64,000 bases of DNA from Candidatus Latescibacterota bacterium (GTDB lineage Bacteria > JAAXHH01), in the NCBI GenBank assembly GCA_022822725.1, contig JAJEAN010000006.1:105850-169849 (forward strand), written 5' to 3'. A model generated the notes under the pieces. That model saw only the letters and a list, made by a program, of their open reading frames with translations. It was not told the DNA's origin and did not search any database. Positions within the stretch are counted from its first letter, which is position 1. Every line of letters begins with the position of its first letter. Below, piece by piece: positions 61,730 through 64,000 of this stretch. The position numbers and the translations under genes are program-made.

Positions 61730-63184
61730 TTACGTTTTGAGAGGCTTCGGCTCCTCTTCGTCCCCTTCTTTTTCCGCTCGCGTTTGGGGCTTATCTTCGC
61801 CCTCGACGCGGCCGTCCCGAACGTCCTGGCGCTCCCGGCCATCCAGGCGCTCCCGGCCGTCCACGTCTTCAGCCGGGTCGTCTTCTGGCTTCCCATCCGT
61901 CAGCTTCTGAATGGCATGCGGGATGCCCTCCACCGGTGTCACTTCCGGCAATTCGCGCGTGACCGGCACGTTCAACTCGGGGAATTTCCGCGCGGAGGTG
62001 GCCACGCGCGTATCCCACGATCCAACACCCCGATTGTACCGGTCAATGGCCTGACCCAGCGACTTCCCGACCGCGACATAGTGCCCGGCGAATACGGCCA
62101 GCCGCTCATGCATCTCCTTGCCCAGGTCACTGATTTCCCGCGCCGTTTCGGCGACCTTGATCTGCTGCCAGGACATCTCCACGGCCTTGAGCAGGGCCAG
62201 CAGGGCGGGCGGCGTGACGATGATCACGTTTCTTTCCAGTGCGCGCTCCGTCAGACCGGGCTCCCGTTCGATGGCGGGCAGAAAGGCGAATTCGGGCATG
62301 ACCATCACCACCATGTCCGGCGTCGAAGACAACACGCTCCAATATTCTTTTTTGGCGAGGGCGTCGATATGGGTCTTGACCTGGGTCACGTGAAGGTCGA
62401 GCGCCTGTGACTTCGCCTCCTCGTCCTTCGATTCGAAGGCGTCCATCAGGGCGGACAGCGAAACCTTCGAGTCGAGAATCACGGTGCGTCCATGGGGCAG
62501 ATGGACGATCACGTCCGTCCTGAGCCGTTCACCATCCGCGTCGAAAGAATCCTGCACCGTGAAATCGATGTCCTTCCGCAAGCCCGAGAGTTCCAGCACC
62601 CGCTCGAGCTGGGTCTCCCCCCAGCGGCCGCGCACGTCGGGCCGCTTGAGTGCATTCGACAGCGTCTGCGCCTCGCCGGCGAGTTCCTTGTTGGTCTGCA
62701 TGAGGTTCAGCATCTGCGTGCGGAATTCACCCGCGTTCTCGGCCCGGGCCTTGTCCAGCGACTCGATCTTCTCCGACAGCGGCTTGACCAGTTTCTCCAC
62801 CGCTTCCTGCCGGGCTTTCAAGGTTTCCTCGGCGCTCTCCTTGAAGGACTCCTGCTGGGACTTCAGCACCTCCGACGACAGCGTTTTGAAGGAATCTTTG
62901 AACCGCTTCTCCACCTCGTCGCGATCGCCGATGCGTTCTTGCGCGTTCGCGAGTTTCTGCTGCAGCTCGGCCCGTTCGATCTCCAGCTTCCGGACCTCAT
63001 CGAGCGCTTTCTGGGCTTCGGCGAGTTGCTCATATACGACAACGAGTTCTTTTTCCATCCCCGCCTTCTCGCCACTGAGCGAGTTTATCCGGTTGCTGTT
63101 TTTCAAACTCCATACCAGCACGCCGATTGCCGTTGCCAGGCTGACAAAGAAAGCGATGAGCAGAATGAGGGTCAGTGTGTCCAT
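61730..63184 (-). CDS. rmuC: DNA recombination protein RmuC, with acidic repeat-containing C-terminal tail
   Basis: N-terminal TM helix, a long coiled coil, and the RmuC nuclease-like core (RGRWGETQLERVLE..., DVIVHLP..., ILDSK, MVMPEFAFL). Confidence 0.9.
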   Translation of the reverse strand: MDTLTLILLIAFFVSLATAIGVLVWSLKNSNRINSLSGEKAGMEKELVVVYEQLAEAQKALDEVRKLEIERAELQQKLANAQERIGDRDEVEKRFKDSFKTLSSEVLKSQQESFKESAEETLKARQEAVEKLVKPLSEKIESLDKARAENAGEFRTQMLNLMQTNKELAGEAQTLSNALKRPDVRGRWGETQLERVLELSGLRKDIDFTVQDSFDADGERLRTDVIVHLPHGRTVILDSKVSLSALMDAFESKDEEAKSQALDLHVTQVKTHIDALAKKEYWSVLSSTPDMVVMVMPEFAFLPAIEREPGLTERALERNVIIVTPPALLALLKAVEMSWQQIKVAETAREISDLGKEMHERLAVFAGHYVAVGKSLGQAIDRYNRGVGSWDTRVATSARKFPELNVPVTRELPEVTPVEGIPHAIQKLTDGKPEDDPAEDVDGRERLDGRERQDVRDGRVEGEDKPQTRAEKEGDEEEPKPLKT

Positions 63185-63243
63185 GGCGCTAACCTACCTG
63201 AAAAGAAGCAGCTTCATCAAGGAGTAATCCGGGGAACCCGCGC

Positions 63244-63936
63244 TTACTTCAACATCCACTCCGTCGCCACCCGGGCCAGCTCTTCCATGACCGGTTCGTC
63301 GGTATTGCGGCGTTTGAGCACCTTGAACCCATGATCCGCGGTGTCGACGACGTGCAGTCGCGCATTCGCCAGGTCGTCCACGACCGGTTTCAGCAGGTCA
63401 AGGTCCGCCATCGAGTCCCGCTGTCCGGAAAGGAACAGCATGGGTACCTCCACCGCCTTCAGGTGCTCGGCTCGATCCGTATTCGGCTTGCCTGCGTGCA
63501 GCGGAAAGGCGAAGAACACGATACCGCGCAGCCCTTCGATCGGCGCGTTGGCGCAGGCCATCGAGAACATGCGGCCGCTCATGGAGTGCCCGCCCGCGAA
63601 GACCGGCAGGCCGTCCGCTTCCTTCTTTGCTGTTTCGACTGCGGCGCGCACCGTGGCGAGGCGCACCTTCTCGCCGTCCATCCCGCCGCCACCCTTCTCG
63701 GAATAAGGATAGTTGAAACGGAGCGTGGCAATCCCCGCGCCATTCAACGCGTCGCTCAATTCCTGCATTAATCGATGGTGGATATTCGTTCCAGACCCGT
63801 GGCCCAGAACCAGCAAGGCCTTCGCGCCGTCCGGCCCGCCCGGTCTGTCCGGCCCGCCTGGTTTCGCCAGGATGGCCGACACCTCGCCCTTTTCTTCCGT
63901 TGCGGTGAACTTCAGGTCTTTTGTTTCAATTGCCAT
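63244..63936 (-). CDS. Alpha/beta hydrolase (dienelactone-hydrolase-like / KANL3-Tex30-type)
   Basis: LVLGHGSG, nucleophile elbow GGHSMSG, and C-terminal DHGF. It contains a PGGPDR x2 in-frame duplication. Confidence 0.75.
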   Translation of the reverse strand: MAIETKDLKFTATEEKGEVSAILAKPGGPDRPGGPDGAKALLVLGHGSGTNIHHRLMQELSDALNGAGIATLRFNYPYSEKGGGGMDGEKVRLATVRAAVETAKKEADGLPVFAGGHSMSGRMFSMACANAPIEGLRGIVFFAFPLHAGKPNTDRAEHLKAVEVPMLFLSGQRDSMADLDLLKPVVDDLANARLHVVDTADHGFKVLKRRNTDEPVMEELARVATEWMLK

Positions 63937-64000
63937 TTATACCTCCTGCCATTCCCCTAACTTCGATTCGCACGACACGCATCGAACAGACACTTAAGTC

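Overview
High-GC (roughly 65% by eye) chromosomal segment from a diderm bacterium, lineage not determinable from sequence alone. It is densely coding, and I found no rRNA, tRNA, CRISPR array, transposase or integrase. Gene map, left to right: a truncated fused ECF/ABC ATPase and an amidohydrolase on the plus strand. Then comes a roughly 20-kb co-directional minus-strand block. It holds tsaD, an NCS2 purine permease, two tandem TonB-dependent receptor paralogs, a peptidase/PD40/Omp85 fusion, ferredoxin-NADP reductase, an MDR oxidoreductase, and a tol-pal cluster in the order tolQ-tolR-tolA-like-tolB-cpoB-pal-pal. Next are proline dehydrogenase, a sulfatase, a CBM9/DUF5916 protein, a UxuA-like dehydratase, a ParE/ParC-like type IIA topoisomerase pair, acyl-CoA dehydrogenase, an M20 deacylase, a DRE-TIM aldolase and map. 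These are followed by a sulfatase translationally coupled to a 1048-aa GNAT fusion, DUF4202, a sigma-region-4-only HTH protein with an upstream micro-ORF, a PfkB kinase, recO, ftsB, eno, a legumain-like protein and a BatA/VWA membrane protein. The plus-strand set that follows is a c-type cytochrome, a DUF4412-like protein, a galactonate-dehydratase-like enzyme, an amidohydrolase, an Sfp-type PPTase and an RraA-like protein. A visibly lower-GC patch (about 58.4-61.7 kb) then carries an ABC/SMC-like ATPase coupled to a DUF4276 protein plus an AAA/DUF4143 ATPase, followed by rmuC and an alpha/beta hydrolase. The best candidate for an undescribed system is the ATPase + DUF4276 (Toprim-like) cassette, which has its own near-consensus promoter. 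Secondary candidates are the sulfatase/GNAT-fusion pair, the POTRA-less Omp85 fusion, and the micro-ORF/terminator/HTH module. A window-wide peculiarity is the abundance of short tandem duplications (10-45 bp). Many are in-frame inside conserved enzymes, and several sit at gene termini and reiterate stop-codon or Shine-Dalgarno context. All calls come from reading the sequence and motif recognition; no searches were run.
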